From Podarcis erhardii (taxonomy: Eukaryota), in assembly GCA_964252035.1 (NCBI GenBank), contig OZ176209.1: a stretch of DNA of 64,000 nt; one strand, written 5' to 3'. This document shows, in pieces, positions 1 to 10,275 of this stretch. The position numbers and the translations under genes are program-made. The notes beneath the pieces are model-generated. The model was not told the DNA's origin. It saw only the letters and a list, made by a program, of their open reading frames with translations, and ran no database searches. How positions within the stretch are numbered: the stretch's first letter is position 1; each line of letters starts with the position of its first letter.

Positions 1-225
1 AATAAAAGGGCCTGCTTTGCTGGTGGGCGGACGGGAGCTCTTCAACTTAAAAAGCACCAGAGCCTCAGAGGTCAGAAAAACAAACACATCTGCCCAAGAA
101 GACTGAGCACGGGATCCTGAATGTCATTGGAAAAATGAAAGAGAGATGGAGTCGGACTGTCAGAAAGAGGGAAATCCCCTTCCAGATCTCTTCGCATCTT
201 GTTGCAGAGGCGGCCATTGTGGTGG

Positions 226-311
226 CCTCCAGATGTTGCTGGACTCAGCCCCAGCCAACACAGGCCCATAGTCAGGGGTGATGGGATTTGTAGTGCATCA
301 ACATCTGGAGG
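226..311. mobile_element. Short palindromic MITE (CCTCCAGATGTT...AACATCTGGAGG family)
   Basis: 12-bp terminal inverted repeat; further copies at ~21075-21166, 23578-24360 (interrupted), 34021-34100, 44325-44410, 55825-55912, 57215-57300, 60495-60600, 61018-61120. Confidence 0.65.
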
Positions 312-419
312 GGGCCACCACATCTTACAATGTCCCTGCCTTAAATTTTCCTGCCGGGGGGAGTGGGCTGGCTGACCAGCACCATAAGCAGAACCACTCT
401 GGCCGTAAGGCGAGAATGC

Positions 420-1050
420 GCTGCAACATCCCACAAATAAATACAATTCAGCTCAGAGAAGAAGGAGCTGCCTTTGCGCGACAACAAGCGAGCCCCGCGT
501 TGCCTTTTCCACCTCTTCCTCCCGTCCGCTGGGTGTCGCTGCGCAGCGGCAGAGCACAGCCCGTGCGCTTCCGCTCTCCCTCTCCTTCCGCTTCCGGCGA
601 CGCTCGCTCTCCGCTGCCGGCAGCCTGCCTCGTCGTTGCCTGCCCTCCCCTCGTTGCAGTCATGGCCGCCGCGATGCCCCTTTCCCCGGAGGACCTGCTG
701 CTGCCCAAGTCCGCGGCGGGCAAGGCCGAAGACCTGGAAGAGGAGGTGGAGGACGACGACGACGAGGTAAAGCCAGCCCCTGCCGGAGCTTGGCCGGGCG
801 GCCATGTGCGAGGTGACCCCTCTCTGGAGTCGGCCCTGCCTTGGGCCCAGGCGGGGGGCTCGAGTGAGCTGAAGCCCCGGCCAGGAGACGCGGAAGGAGG
901 AGGAGGAGGAGCAGCGCGGGAAGCGTCTCCTCTGTGTGTTTTCTGGAGGGGGCCTTGCGCGAGCCGGGAGGGGGAGGGGGCTCGACGGAGGGGCGGTGCT
1001 GCTGGGAGCGTGGATTGGTGCCTGCTGAGGTTTCTCCTTGCAGGAGGGCT
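420..1050. promoter_or_regulatory. CpG island / TOMM22 promoter with clustered ETS(GABP)-type CTTCCG motifs
   Basis: High GC and CpG density around exon 1; CTTCCG at ~569, ~584 and CTTCCGG at ~592, just upstream of the ATG. Confidence 0.7.
662..766 (+). CDS. TOMM22: TOMM22 coding exon 1
   Basis: ATG 662, acidic cytosolic segment, donor GAG|gtaaag. Confidence 0.93.
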
Positions 1051-1226
1051 CCCCGGGTAGTAGTAGTACTAGTAGTAGCTTGGGTTGAAATTTCCCTTTT
1101 CAGTTGTGCAATTGTTTCTTTTGCTGGTTCAGGCCTGAACCAAACAGAAGCAATACTTCTACAAGCTGGTGGGTTTTAGTAGTAGTACTACTACTACTAG
1201 TAGTAGTAGTAGTAATAATAATAATA

Positions 1227-1265
<39 letters not shown>

Positions 1266-4200
1266 GGCATCTGGCTGGCCGCTGCTGAGAACGAAGCTCC
1301 GGACTAGATCGGCCTTTGTTCCCATTCAGCACAGGGCTCTTTCAGTGTTAACGGGGTCCGGGTTTAGGGGGCAGGTCTTGTTCTGTGGGGCTCCCGCCCT
1401 CATCTCTCCTTTCCACGTTTGCAGCTGGACGAGACGCTAGCAGAGAGGCTCTGGGGCTTGACAGAGATGTTCCCGGAAAGCGTCCGATCGGCGGCTGGAG
1501 CTACCTTCGGCGTGTCTCTTTCTGTAGCCCAGAAAATGTACAGGTGAGGAGGGGGAAATGGGAGGTGAGGACCCAAGCCCCTTGGTCCCTGGTCCTCAGA
1601 TACCATGCGCAGGTGGCCACTTAGCTATGCCTCGCAAGACTTGTGGTTTGTGGGTGGTTAAGGTAGCCCTTCTCAGTGAAGTGGCTGGCTCCTTCAGCCA
1701 CCAAGGGGATGGAGAATTGTTAGGGAGTTGGTGGTGTTTTGCGTTTCTTAAGTTGGACAGACAGCCATTGAGAATACTTAGACTTCTTAATTCAGAACTC
1801 TAGATGTGTGTGTTTTTAGTGTGAGGATAGAAATGATCCGTTGTACGCTGTTTGGATAATGATGGTCAAGCAGTTGAGAATGTACCATGCATATTCAAGC
1901 TTTAATGAAGAAAAGGCTGAGAAATGAATGTAAATTAAATATTAAAAAAAACCCTTTGCCTGCAAGGAGCCATTGACATGGAATTGATCATAAATAATTG
2001 AGATAATTGTGATATCTGTAGTTGGGGAGAAAAGGGGTTCCATATTTACTTGTGAGAGTGAAGTTCTAGAGAACTATTTTGTTTTTTTAAAAAATAATTT
2101 TTATTGGGTTTTTACATTTTATAACAACAGACACACACACAAAGACAAAGACAAACAAACACACAAATACAATTACATACCCTAAATTTCTTTACCCACT
2201 TTCATTGACTTCCCCCCACCCCCTCCTCTTACATCCCAATTCCAAAATTAATTCAGCAAGTTCTTACCTAACCTCTTAAAGATATTCACATTGCTTTTAA
2301 AAATTAAGTTCTTTTGTTTGTCTATATTCAACTATCCAATTCTCTTATAATCATTAATTTCTTTTTTTTTTAAGGTCGATCTAACTTCCCCTTCACAAAT
2401 TTTCCCTTTATTATATTAATTATAGGTCACATTGACCAAGTAAAACAAAACATAACATTTTATAGTTCTATTCTCTCCCCCCCCTGCCCCGGTTTCTGTC
2501 CCTTCCTAGACAAATGTCCAGAAAACAAACAAAAAATAGTTCTAGCCCGGATTCCTCACATCCGAGGCGTCTGATTCTCTGTCAGTCCCTCTCTGCCAAC
2601 TATATTGGTAGTCCTCTTTGATGGTCCTAAGACCCCGAAGGAGTTCAGTCAGAGTCACATCATATTTTCTTTCGTCCTGAATGTTGAAGAGTGTTTGCTG
2701 CGAAAGACCATCTAGTTTTCCATACTCAAGAGAAAAGTCCCAATCATGTTGCTTTGTTCTTTCTAGTTTTAATATTCCAAGTACTCCAGGGGCTTCTCTC
2801 TTCTTCTTTCTCATCTTTCGCAGGTCTGTAATCCAGAGGTCTTCTTGCTCATACTCTAACACTGCAGATTCCTGGTTGATATTTTCCACTTGTAGTGTCT
2901 GAACTCCTTCTTTTTTCTCTGTCAATTCCAAAGGCATCTCTTCCTGCTCAGCTGCAGAATTTTTATCATGCGTCTCCTTTGTGCATTCAGCAGAGTTGTT
3001 TGTTTCAGGATTCAAGGTCATAAAAACTTTACTTAGAGCCATACTCTGCTCCTGCAGGATTCCCACGAGAAAAAACATTTTTTCTATCTCCGCCAGTAAT
3101 TTTCCCTCTGCAGCCATTGTAATGTCACTAATTCCCCCTAGGGGGCTTTCAGTTATTTAGTAGTCCTTTTCCAATAATCTGTTACTTTGTTATTATCAAT
3201 ACTTTGTTTCCAATCGCCTCAGTCCAAATGTATCAGCTTTAATTCCAAGAGTTGTTAAATAGCAAAATTCTTTACTTTGTCCGCCCGTTTGACAGCTTCT
3301 TTGACAGCTGTCAAACTCCTTTCACTTCTTCCTCCGGCACCCAAATAGGACACTCCCGGGTTTTTTGGGGGGGATACACACAAAGTTCCAAATTCCCTTT
3401 CTCTCCAGCACAAAAATCTTGTTCTATCAAATTTGTGAGAAACTTTTAAATCATCAAAACAATATTCATTCCGCCTTAATTCTCCGTTCCTTGCTTTGAA
3501 ACGTCTATAAGTAGAGGGGGTGCGGACTTCCCTTTAACACATCCCCCGATCGTGCCGAATTCACAGGATAAAATTTTTAAAGTCCAAATTCTACTACTCA
3601 CGGGTCCTTTGTTATCCAGTCCAAATTTTGGGAAGAAAGTCAGCGCTCTCCGGCCATGGCTTGCGGCTTCGCTCTACTGAGGTAGCGGTCTACTCTCAGC
3701 ACCACGCCACTCTCCGTACCCTCTCCGTAGCCTTTAAAAAGGCTCTTCGTGGGTCGGGGAGGGCGCTTAAGGTGCCCACCGAGTCACCAAGTCCGCAGGC
3801 TTCCGCGCCTGCGGTTTCTGAGGGTCCCCGTGTCGCCGGCACGGCAAGACCCGTCCTCAGTAGAGCCGATTCCCTCCGGAGCTCGGAGGGAATCCGCCAT
3901 TAGCCGTTCGCGCTAACCCGGAAGTCGAGAACTATTTTGAGTATACTCAGAAATAATTCAGTTATAGTAGTTCAACTAAACAGAGAGCTTGTAGTCAAAT
4001 GGCTTGGGCCCTTTATTCAGTGAAATGGTAATTTTCCTTTTGTTCGCTCTTTAAACTCTCGTATTACACACACATACTCCATATAGACATGAATAATAAA
4101 TGCAAGGCTGTACTACACCAAACAATTTGTCATCAAATATAAATATAAATTTCTCAGGTTGTGGACACAAAATAACCCTGTTAAATAGAATTTATATTCT

Positions 4201-7070
4201 CATTTTGCTCTTTTTTAATGTAGTCATGATCATATTTTCTTAATCATTCTGAAATAGAATACATACTAAGAAGTTTCCATTCAGAAGAAACCAAAATTAT
4301 TGCTAATAAAAGATTGTGAATAAGTGATTTGCTTGAAATATAATTATATTCTTTTAAGACCTCGAGTAAAATAATTTCCAGAGTAATATCCTTGTAAGTC
4401 TTTTGCAGCAAAAACAAAGAATCCTATGATGCTTTAAAAAATAACAAACTTTTTATAGCCAAAACTTTCAGGGACTAAAGTTCATTTTCTCAGATGTATG
4501 AATTATTATCCTGAGATAGGTATATATAACGAACCGCTTTTGGCTGCTAATGATTAAAATTAAAATGTTGCTCTTCCAGGTGTTTCAAATTTTTGGTCTT
4601 TTGTTTAATTTCTAAGCTTGCATGACACAGTATCCTAATGTTCCCACAAAGATCAATCCATGTATTTAACTCCCCCCCCCCCCCCCAAAAAAAAAAAAAA
4701 CATTCTTAGTGAGTTGAGGAGGAAAGGTTTTTCTTTTGAAGCGATATCCAGTTATGTCCACTCATGAACAGATTTCTGTGAGCAGAAGAGGATTTCCCCT
4801 TCCTGTTGTAGTCTCTGCATGCTCAAGTTTGCCCTGGAGGGTTGGGGAGCTTTTCAGAACAGATTTGGGATCTAAACTGTGCTGTGGATGACAGAAAGCT
4901 GCATCACATGAGTAGAAGGCTGTTTGTGTGATGTTGGATTTCACTCAGGTTGCCTATGATCTTTAAGGAAACTTCATTATGGTATAAAACCAAACTTTAT
5001 ACACTATTTATGCATTTAGTTCCTTCCTTTGCTAATTCTTTGTCTTTTAATGGAATCTTGGTACTTTTAAGGGAGAAAACCTGGAGGTATTTCAGATTGT
5101 GATGGATATTTATAGGGAGTGTATTTATATTTGGAAGCAAAAATATGATTGTGATGAGACATGTTATAAGGTTCACACACACTAATGTTGCCATAGGAAG
5201 GGGATTTAAGGCTGCAATCCCATAACCGTTTACTAGGGAGTAAGTCCTATAAGTTTAGATAAGTGGAGCTTACCTTGGAGTATATATGAATAGGATTGTA
5301 CTGAAACTGGAATAATAGTCTAATGCAATCTAATAGTGAGATCTTTAGGATAAGTCATTTCCATTGTAGTGAAGTTGGAAACATTAGCTTTACTTATTAC
5401 CTTCTCTCCCCTCCTCCTACCCCCCAAAAAAGATTCTCCAGGGCAGCTTTGTGGATTGGGACCACTTCCTTCATGATCCTAGTTCTTCCTGTTGTTTTTG
5501 AAACTGAGAAACTGCAAATGGAGCAGCAACAGCAGATGCAACAGCGACAGGTGAGAACTGAATTACAGCATTTTTTGGCCTATTAAGTCTGTGATTCTTA
5601 TCCTTTTCAGAATGTTCCTCCTTTTATCTGTGAATCTTCCTCCACCACGCAGTACATTTAATTCCTGAATCTTTGCAGAATTACCTGTCTCAAAGCATCT
5701 AGTGGATCAGTTTCACTGTATTTGATTCTGTTCTTCATCTATATCTTTTTGTGCACATTTGCTCATGTAGCATATACCTTTGCTATATGATGAAATAATA
5801 GTCCCCCCTCATTTACTGCATGACCTCTTTCACTTTTTCTCTCCTGATGAATCACTTCCCGCAGTTTCTTTTACAGGCATTCCATCATCCTAACACTTTC
5901 CAGTCACCCCAGCTGCTGATGCAAGATGGGGTAGATTTCTGCATAGTCTCTTCCTTTCTGTGTTAATTCTAGCTTTTGTACTTCCCATAATTGCACCGAA
6001 CCAGCTGAAAGAGTACAAAACACCACATTCCCAGATTTGGCTGGGGTATTGCCTATTTTGTGACTTCAGAAGCACGTCGGCTGATGGTTGTGTCCACTCA
6101 CAGCAAAACTTCTGAGTGATGACATTTGACTGGCCTTATTAGTAACAATGTGTTCCTTTATTTACAAATAACACATGCCCTACTTTTCTTATTGGCATGA
6201 ATTTATGACTGGTTAGTTTTCTTCCTTTACTATGGCTGCAAAAGTTAGACTTTTTAAAGCTGCATATCATAAATGTCACCATTGATATAAGAGAACATCT
6301 TTGGTCACTTGACCGGGGGGAATGAATATTGAAATATTAGAATTACAAAATACCTGACATTTCTCACACTGCCTGAATGACCACCAGCATCGTACCATGA
6401 CAGATGTAACAAATACTGTGTTTTCAAGTACTTTACACTTCATTCACTTAATTTTATCAGGGCAGTCTTTTCTACTTATATGAAAATAGAAATCTATTAC
6501 AGTGGTACCTCTGGTTGCGGACACAATCCATTCCAGGGTGCTGTTTGCACCCCGAAGTGTCTGCAACTAGAGCGCCTCTTCCGCACATGTGCACAGCGCG
6601 ATCAAGCACTTCTGCGCATGTGCAAAGCATGATGGCTTTTGCACATAGTGCGTGGAACGCTTCTGCGCATGCATGGTGAAACCCGGAAGTATATAAGCAG
6701 GTTTGCTGCGTTCGCAAGCTGAAAAGACGCAACATGAACCTAACGCAACACGAGGTACGACTGTATTGTAATGCAGCCTTGTATTTAAGTACTGGAATTC
6801 CACACCAGCAACAGCATGGTTTTAAGAAGAGACTGCTAATATTGCAGAATGGTAGGAAATGCTGTGTTCCCTTTTTTAAGTTTTATAAAAGATCTGGAGG
6901 GTTATTCACCGGAAGGTGAAAATCCTTCCTCCAGTAGGCTAAGTAGTTAAAATGCTGCTCTTGCTTTTTGTAAACTTTTTCACATTTCTTAACAGATTTT
7001 ATTAGGACCAAACACAGGATTGTCTGGAGGGATGCCAGGTGCTCTGCCATCTCTTCCTGGAAAGATTTAA
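662..7070 (+). CDS. TOMM22: Mitochondrial import receptor subunit TOM22, join(662..766,1425..1543,5433..5550,6996..7070), 138 aa
   Basis: Spliced translation MAAAMPLSPEDLLLPK...EEEVEDDDDE|LDETLAERLWGLTEMFPES...AQKMYR|FSRAALWIGTTSFMILVLPVVFETEKLQMEQQQQMQQRQ|ILLGPNTGLSGGMPGALPSLPGKI* matches recalled vertebrate TOM22; all introns GT-AG; 417 nt total. Confidence 0.97.
1057..1265. repeat. (TAG)n/(TAA)n microsatellites in TOMM22 intron 1
   Basis: Directly visible; abutted by a SINE-like fragment at ~1266-1350. Confidence 0.95.
1425..1543 (+). CDS. TOMM22: TOMM22 coding exon 2
   Basis: tttgcag|CTGGAC...TACAG|gtgagg; LDETLAERLWGLTEMFP. Confidence 0.96.
2082..3926 (-). mobile_element. Non-autonomous L1-type (HAL1-like) retroelement, full length, single ORF
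   Basis: 13-bp TSD GAGAACTATTTTG at 2069-2081 and 3927-3939; 5' end GACTTCCGG; AATAAA at 2105-2100 followed by a short A tail; G-rich 3' UTR; ORF 3117-2542; no RT/endonuclease motifs seen. Confidence 0.8.
2542..3117 (-). CDS. 191-aa acidic ORF inside the retroelement (putative ORF1-like protein)
   Basis: ATG in strong Kozak context (acaATGg), uninterrupted to TAG; A-rich coding strand; no homology recognised. Confidence 0.45.
   Translation of the reverse strand: MAAEGKLLAEIEKMFFLVGILQEQSMALSKVFMTLNPETNNSAECTKETHDKNSAAEQEEMPLELTEKKEGVQTLQVENINQESAVLEYEQEDLWITDLRKMRKKKREAPGVLGILKLERTKQHDWDFSLEYGKLDGLSQQTLFNIQDERKYDVTLTELLRGLRTIKEDYQYSWQRGTDRESDASDVRNPG
5433..5550 (+). CDS. TOMM22: TOMM22 coding exon 3 (transmembrane segment)
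   Basis: aaaaaag|ATTCTCC...CGACAG|gtgaga; FSRAALWIGTTSFMILVLPVVFE. Confidence 0.94.
6500..6763. mobile_element. Tc1/mariner (Tigger-like) MITE
   Basis: TA|CAGTGGTACCTC ... GAGGTACGACTG|TA: terminal inverted repeats with TA duplication. Confidence 0.85.
6996..7070 (+). CDS. TOMM22: TOMM22 coding exon 4
   Basis: ttaacag|ATTTTA...AAGATTTAA; ILLGPNTGLSGGMPGALPSLPGKI*. Confidence 0.96.
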   Translation: MLLGPNTGLSGGMPGALPSLPGKI

Positions 7071-7621
7071 TGAAGCTACACTGGACCCATATCGTGGAAT
7101 GAAATATTGAAATCATTTGTTTGAACTGTTTGATTAGGCCAGCGGTTTTTTTCTCATAACCTTGGGATATTAACTATTCTTAATGAAGGCAGAACCCCTA
7201 TCTGGATCTCCTGCAATCTTTAGGCAGTCATGACTTTTCCATCCATTCAAGCAACATTATAGGTAACTATGGAGACTTTGGAAGCTTCTGTTTTGGTAGC
7301 CTTACCTCCAGGAAACCACCTCAGGACATGTCATATTTGGTCAACTTTAACGTGTAATTGTCAGTGTAAATAGCCCTGCGTTCTTCTCCAACTGTATTTC
7401 AGAGCAGTAACAGCAAGAAATGGAGTAAAAATGCCAGAATGTGCAGCATATAGAAGAACCTAGAATGCACTTGACTCTATGCAGTGAGCTCTTACTTGAA
7501 GAAAGATATTTGCCCTACAATGTTACATATTTGAAAAATAAGGGAAGCAGGAAAAGTCATTTTTGCCAAGTCTTATCTGTGCTGAATCTATTAGTATCAA
7601 AGTTTGCTAGAGCACTTTTGT

Positions 7622-7627
7622 ATTAAA
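7622..7627 (+). terminator. Candidate TOMM22 polyadenylation signal ATTAAA
   Basis: ATTAAA ~550 nt after the stop codon; use as a cleavage site is inferred. Confidence 0.4.
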
Positions 7628-7845
7628 GTTTCAGTGCAAACATGGAAGTATTTTCTTTATTATCTCAGGCTTTACATACATTATGCTTGCTAACAGCAGG
7701 ATACTAAAACTTACCAATGGAGTGTCAACCCTTAGCTTTACACGTTTGTGTTCGGTAGTAATGGCAGGGAGGGACCCTCTCAACTCCAATGGAGAGTAGC
7801 TGGGTAATAAGTTCTTCTTAGGCTACAGCTTCATACCAACATGTG

Positions 7846-7936
7846 TTTATTTTTTACCTTTATATACATTATTACAATACAATTCAGTTCAACACACAGA
7901 AGTGACAGGACACAGGAAGGCTTTTTCATTTTTAAT
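7846..7936 (-). terminator. Candidate JOSD1 polyadenylation signals (ATTAAA 7936-7931, AATAAA 7851-7846)
   Basis: Hexamers at the end of a U-rich 3'UTR-like tract (TGTATTTTGTTTAACCAAATATTAAAA on minus). Confidence 0.55.
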
Positions 7937-10175
7937 ATTTGGTTAAACAAAATACATCTCTGTAAACAAACCCAAGACAAGGCTATAACAAAACCAAACA
8001 AGCAGGAAAACAATTAAGGGCTTCTTCATTCCCAAGCAATGGGAATGGGCTGATTCCTTTCCTCTGCTGCCATAACTCTGGTCCAGAGGGGTGGGTGATC
8101 ACATGTTCCCTTTTCCTGAGCTGCTGAATCACACCACTTTTCCCCTAAGGACAGAACAATGACATAAATACACACAGACGGAAAGAAACAGCTGTATGCT
8201 TTAAAAGATATTTGCATATTGTGCACTGGTCCATTGGCTTCCATGCAAACGGGGTCTCTCCAAAGTGCTATTTAGCCAGCAGACAAAATAATGTCTTTGA
8301 GATTTTTTTTTTGGGGGGGGGGGAATGGCTTCAAGTCAGAAGCAGAACTGCAAGCCTGATGTTCTGCTTGTGAAGTGTGTGTATGTGTGTACAAATTCTG
8401 CTAGCTGGCTTTGGTTATTGGAATGTGTAGTCCAGAAGAAAGGGGAGGGCATTTGTAAAAATAGAAGTTATTAGGCTATGACTGTAATACATGCAGAGAA
8501 TAGCCAACACAAGTTCCCAGTATGTTGCCTGCAAGGTATCCAGAGGTCAATAAACAAGATGTTGATACCATTCACACTGCATTCAACTGTGAAGGGCTTG
8601 GAATGCTGGCTTAGAAAGCATGTATTGTATCTTGCTCATGCTTAGAATGGACAGGTCAGATTCCAAGGATGTAAGGGGTCGGTTTCAGCCCTCCTTAACC
8701 ATTACATTTTCCTATAGAATGAAACTCTAAAAGTGGGTTCTACTTCCACTGTTCCAGTACTACTGAAAATGAAGCTGGCAAAAAGCATTAATAATGAAAA
8801 ATGCAACAATAGAATAAACGGGGTTCAAGGAGAGGTCAATCGAGTGAAAGGCCACCTTCTCCTTTTCACCTACTAACTAGCACAAAGAAGTGATGTGAAA
8901 CACCTGAATCAGATCAGAAGGAAAACTAATTCAGTCTCCTGCCAGGGTCTTTAGCTTGTTCACTTAGTTGGTGAGGAGAGAAGAGTTAAATTCAGGAGGG
9001 TCACCTGCCAATCATAATGGAAGAATGTGGCTCAGCCTACCTGTTGTAAAGTCTTCCCTCATCCCCAGCAAACTTGCGTAAGCATTCTCAACCCCAACAA
9101 CTGACCGTTGCTATACAAGAGCAACAGAAATCTAGCCCTTTATTCTTGTTTCCCATAATTCCACTTGGAAATCAACATTTGCTCCATTTCCAGCTTCCTA
9201 CCTTGCTGAAACTTGGCTACTCTTCCCTTTTGTTTCATGATTTCATCCTCAAACAGCCTGTAGTTTTATTCCCTGTTCAGTGAATATTTCCCTGAATTAC
9301 AGGACAGACAGATAAGAAAAATAAACACAGGCTACATGTGGACCACCTAACAAAAATACTTGAGGCTTTTAAATAAGCATCAATTTAGCTACCACTTTTC
9401 CAAACTATTCAGTCTTTCATTTTCAGACCACACTTAAAAAGAGCATGAGACAGGAAAACTCCTGTAAGGAGTTCCATTATTATGGTCCCATTTTGTCTAC
9501 ATCTCCCCTAACTCTTGGCACAATTACTATTACAAAAGGGGAATCCACAAGCACCATACCTTTGCTAAGAGTATCTAGAGTTTCCTGAGAGACCCAAATG
9601 GTTTGCAAATTTCTTCAACATAAAGTTTGGTGTTGGAGACAAAGGACACACATAATGAAGAGTATGGAGGCAGGAAAAACCCAAAACTCCTGTAGGGAGT
9701 TCCACAATGAGGCTTGGAGGGAGGCAGGCATGGCTTTGGGGGGGAAGAATATGCCTGGCCCCAGCCCTACCCTGAAGGAGACACACACTAGCCAAACAGG
9801 AGCTATAGGAACTCCTGGAGACAGTTGTGTGTAACCCAGTATGAAGTCCTTCTAAGACTGGGGCGGGGGCGGGGGCAGGAAATTAAAGGGGAGAATTCCA
9901 ACACCCATTTCTAAATGAAAGTATGCATTATAATTAAAGAGCACAGATCTGGTTCTGTTACGTCCACCTTCTCTTCCCCTACTACATGTCCAGCTTCTGT
10001 TCTTCATGTTGGCTCCGACAATACCTTGTGGTTGCCTTATGGCCTCATAATGGGGGGGAAATGCCAAAGTTCCAGGGAAGAGGAGAAGAGTGCTCATTAT
10101 CCACATCACAGGACATTAGAAATTGGTGGAGGGAGAAGGACCAGTACTGTAGTGCGAGGACAGGGTAGTTGCAGG

Positions 10176-10275
10176 TCATGCATCCGCTTTCCAACTCTGA
10201 TGTGCTTCCACCTCTTCAGGCACCACTAGAAGAAGTTCACAGTTCTTTCCTCGCAGCTGGTGTCTCAAAAACTTC
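10176..10275 (-). CDS. JOSD1: JOSD1 coding exon 4
   Basis: ctacag|GAAGTTT...GCATGA. Confidence 0.95.

Noticed and set aside
278-1060. 260-aa ORF in frame with TOMM22 exon 1 (upstream ATGs 278/281/416 and read-through into intron 1)
   Set aside because: Begins inside a MITE, runs through GC-rich promoter and intron where stops are rare, and has no recognisable homology outside exon 1; the TSS is probably downstream of those ATGs.
1104-1307. ORF with poly-Val/Ile resembling a transmembrane peptide
   Set aside because: It is the translation of (TAG)n/(TAA)n microsatellites.
2532-2543. Internal AAAATAGTTCT in the retroelement is the reverse complement of part of its TSD
   Set aside because: A short AT-rich match with no mechanism required; likely chance.
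10116-10178. JOSD1 UGA-C stop with a 19-codon potential read-through extension
   Set aside because: Lacks the strong UGA-CUAG motif and there is no evidence of conservation.
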